From: Chrysomallon squamiferum
Taxonomy: Eukaryota; Animalia; Mollusca
DNA length: 64,000 nucleotides
Assembly (NCBI GenBank): GCA_012295275.1
Contig: CM022673.1
Location: forward strand, 7,192,001 to 7,256,000
Direction of reading: 5' to 3'
The notes beneath the pieces were generated by a model that worked only from the letters and a program-made list of their open reading frames with translations, was not told the origin of the DNA and made no database searches. Position 1 is the first letter of the stretch. Each line of letters opens with the position of its first letter. Positions 61,654 through 64,000 of the stretch are shown piece by piece. The position numbers and the translations under genes were made by a program.

Positions 61654-62728
61654 CTGTGGAAACTGATTAAGGAAAAATACCATGGAATATCACTAACAGC
61701 AAAGTTTTGTTTTATACTCAAACCTTTACTGACAATAAAGTAGGACAATACTGATTTCTGTTATCAATTTGTCAAATAAAAATGATATCATTACAAATGG
61801 TAGAGAGGAATGTCAGCCTTATTAACAAATTGTAATAGATATTTTGCTATTAGGAAATTTGCTATTTTTACAACAAAAAAAAAAAAAAAAAAAAAAAATG
61901 TGTACGTATACAATTTGTTTTCATCTCTTTGGATATACTTATTTTCCACTTTTTTCTTTTCTTTTTCACACCACTGACTTGAAAAGGAAGTGTAATTTAC
62001 ACATACTATGCCAAATATTAGCAGTTTATTTTGACACTTTCAACTTTCAGCCTTGACATGGTTATGGCAGGAAACACAACAATAAAAGTATTAAATTAAT
62101 ACTTGACTTCACACAAAGGAATTGTAAAACATGCAGGTCAAGCAATGAAACAGAAGATTGAGAAAACAGAGTTTACTGATTAAAATGTCAGCAAGATTTG
62201 TTATATATATCACAGGACTGATCCTTTCATCTGTTCTTGCAATATTTTTTCCATGTTCCAACTAGAGCTCTACAAATATATATTTTAAAGTATATGTGTA
62301 TGTTCATTCCTAAGTAGAAGAAGATGGATAAAACACTTTGAATCCTTTTGTATATACCCAGCAGATTATCTTTCTCATATAAAAACTGATATATATAATA
62401 TATATTTTTTTATTTCAATTGTATTACTCTTCCATGGAAAATCTGTTAGAGATAAATGTTGCCTTGTCAAATAAGGTAATTTAAACAAATATCTACAAAT
62501 AATCTTTTTTTTTTTTTTTTTTTTACTTCTTTACATATATATAATGAGATAACAAAGATAAGAAAACAGAAACAAAATGAAAATCATGAATATAAATTTA
62601 AACGATGAAAATTAGTATATTGTTATCTGCTAGTAAAACAGATGTTTATAAATACACACACATATACATACATACATTTATATATATATATACACACACA
62701 CACATGTATATATATACATATGTGTGTT

Positions 62729-62762
<34 letters not shown>

Positions 62763-63191
62763 AACAAACACAGATAAAAAAAATACAATCAATGAAATCA
62801 ATAACCTTTTTTTTTAATGGCAAAGATGTCTGCACAAACAAATGTAAACAAAACACATGAAATAAATGAATTGTTTGATTCTGTATTTCAGTCTAAAACA
62901 AACAATTTATTTATTTATTTGTTTTATTCTTATTTGTTGTTGTTGGAAAAAGTCAAATACAACAACATAAAGATATCAATTACATTCTAATAAATTACAG
63001 ACCAATGTAGCTTTAACATTTAAATGTTAAAATCATAAGTGGCATGGTATATTCAATTAAAAAGTGAATAGAAAATTTTACAAAATTTAACATGGCAAAA
63101 TAAAACAGATTTCTCAAAAGTTTTCTTTCCTGTTTTATATCTATCTGTTAGTGTTTGTATTAAGAAAGAAGACACACAACAAGAGAGAAAT

Positions 63192-63193
<2 letters not shown>

Positions 63194-63276
<83 letters not shown>
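63194..63276. repeat. (GA)n microsatellite
   Basis: Direct reading. Confidence 0.95.
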
Positions 63277-63279
<3 letters not shown>

Positions 63280-64000
63280 GACAAGCAACTGTGGAATTAC
63301 ATTCAAAATGGAACACACATCCACTAATGGAATGTGTTTACGGGGGGGAAAAAAACAGGTGATTAGTAACCTATGCTAAATCATTAAAAACATTTCACAT
63401 ATGATACTTGTAAGAAACACTGCAGACAAATAGCAAATAACTGAACATGTTTAAAAAATTTGTGCTTTCTCAAATAAGTTTATTACTGCAGCCAGTAAAA
63501 TAAATATTAATAATTTAATATATTAAGTGCCAAGCTTCATTTGTACTGATGTATTTTTAGTATGAATAACATGGTAGGTAAATTTTATCCAAACCCAGGA
63601 CTTTATTTAGACAGAGATTCATTTGAATTTCGAATGTGAGAAAAAATACTTAATCACAGCATTTTGAATAATAAAAAAAATTATTATATTAAGATCAAAT
63701 AATTTTTCAAATATTTATCCTGTAGACCATCTCTCTTTCTCTCGTACATACACATACACAATGAAATGTGGTTCTGCAACCAGTAATGGTGTATATCTCA
63801 CTGGCCAGTAACATCAATTCATTAATTTCACTCAAACCTGATTAACAAGCCAACCCTAACCAACAAAACAAAATACAGCTGGCAATTCACAGGTATGAAT
63901 AACCTGTTTGTATGCATCTGATAATGAGAATCATTATAACAGAATATACTGTAAACACAGGACTTTTAGACTAAAAGGTTTATCCTTTGTCATTCAAAGG

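Noticed and set aside
63400-63450. Possible upstream DUF547 exon ending at A|GTATCAT
   Set aside because: The translation does not match the expected AFFIN motif and the donor is not GTATCCTT.

Overview
AT-rich, microsatellite-dense animal DNA, probably a gastropod mollusc (inferred from intron style and SINE-like fragments), with five spliced protein-coding genes whose exons I reconstructed by hand. (1) A 12-exon ERG-subfamily (KCNH2/6/7-like) voltage-gated K+ channel on +, 9934-26195. (2) JMJD6 on +, 30151-35583, 9 exons, with one GC-AG intron and an apparent 1-nt frameshift before the poly-Ser/RS tail. (3) An FBXO30/FBXO40-like F-box gene on -, 41790-46906. (4) Gamma-secretase subunit APH1 on +, 49824-52972, head-to-head with the F-box gene. 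(5) The 3' four exons of a DUF547-domain gene on -, 59858-61653, continuing beyond the window. Most notable: the ERG channel naturally carries the hERG inactivation-weakening substitutions S620T and S631A plus Y652S and has no visible PAS domain; an intronic sequence is complementary to one of its exon/donor junctions (candidate ADAR or splicing hairpin); JMJD6 has its own RS-rich tail; the DUF547 gene has a candidate U12 intron; the F-box leader has three uORFs. Most short ORFs in the supplied track are microsatellite translations. All family assignments and residue numbering are from recalled sequences, not database searches.
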